This document shows, piece by piece, positions 63,343-64,000 of a stretch of 64,000 nucleotides of DNA. Positions within the stretch are counted from its first letter, which is position 1; each line of letters begins with the position of its first letter. This DNA is from Mobula hypostoma. Its lineage: Eukaryota. The notes beneath the pieces are model-generated. The model searched no databases, had not been told where the DNA came from, and was given only the letters and a program-made list of their open reading frames with translations. The translations under genes were made by a program, and so were the position numbers. Location of the stretch: the NCBI RefSeq assembly GCF_963921235.1, contig NC_086108.1, positions 88,724,001 through 88,788,000 of the forward strand. The letters are read 5' to 3'.

Positions 63343-64000
63343 TGTTCTTCTGTTATAAATCTTACGTGCTTTTGATGTTATACATCGGAGGTATGGGTAC
63401 CATACCAAGTAATTTTTGCGTATTTTCCGACTTTCGGATTAAAAATAAACGACTTATGGATGTCTGTAAAAACAGAACCCATTTATTCTCCAAGGACGAT
63501 GTGTATAAGAGACTTAAAATGCTGCACCGTACAACGACCAGCGCCTCCAACTAAATACAAAAGCAGAATACTACAGATGCTGGAAAACTGAAACAAAACA
63601 GAAATACAATGGCATCGATACGTAAAGAAATAAAATTACCATTTAAGGTTCATGACCTTGCATCAGAACTGTTCAATATTCTGTTTTGTTCCAGAATCCT
63701 AGACCTCAAGAGAAATACCAATTGGAATGTACTTATAATTAGGTCATTCAGATGAATAATTGCATTATCAAGCGTCAATATCAATATAAACTTGTCAACA
63801 TTATTTGCTGATCTGTCATCTTATGGGCGGCATTCTTGACATGGCATCTGAAAGGCAGCGATTTAAAAAAACCATTCCTACTCTATAAAAGAATGGTTGA
63901 ATTAGTGGCCCTTTTAAACGTGACCTTGTTTGAATTTTAATATTTTGAATATTTTTGGAGCATGAATGGTCCCTTGAATTCTGGAAATCCGTGTGCCTTC

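Noticed and set aside
1..64000. Prokaryotic systems (CRISPR, operons, retrons)
   Set aside because: Spliced vertebrate genes and eukaryotic TEs only; no repeat-spacer array

Overview
Vertebrate genomic DNA. The repeat content (CR1, Penelope, V-SINE, Rex, Tc1) suggests a cartilaginous fish, probably a ray; this is an inference. Two genes converge tail-to-tail. On + are the last 10 coding exons of FRRS1 (ferric-chelate reductase 1), 1097-29872, giving 339 aa plus stop with all GT-AG phases consistent. On - is a MISP/AKAP2-family gene whose ~2.6-kb exon lies at about 33451-36112, with three candidate in-frame upstream exons at 61397-62374. The rest is intron filled with nested transposable elements: CR1, L1, Rex/Babar and RNase-H LINEs, Penelope-like elements (PLEs), Tc1, Tigger-like and hAT DNA elements, solo LTRs and SINEs. 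The most interesting signals are (1) repeated minimal type-I hammerhead ribozyme motifs in PLE terminal repeats, including TSD-flanked non-autonomous units and an inverted pair, (2) a MISP/AKAP2-like gene next to FRRS1 that may be the missing partner of PALMD, and (3) a duplicated, structured 195-bp intronic element. Protein family calls rely on remembered motifs; no database search was run.
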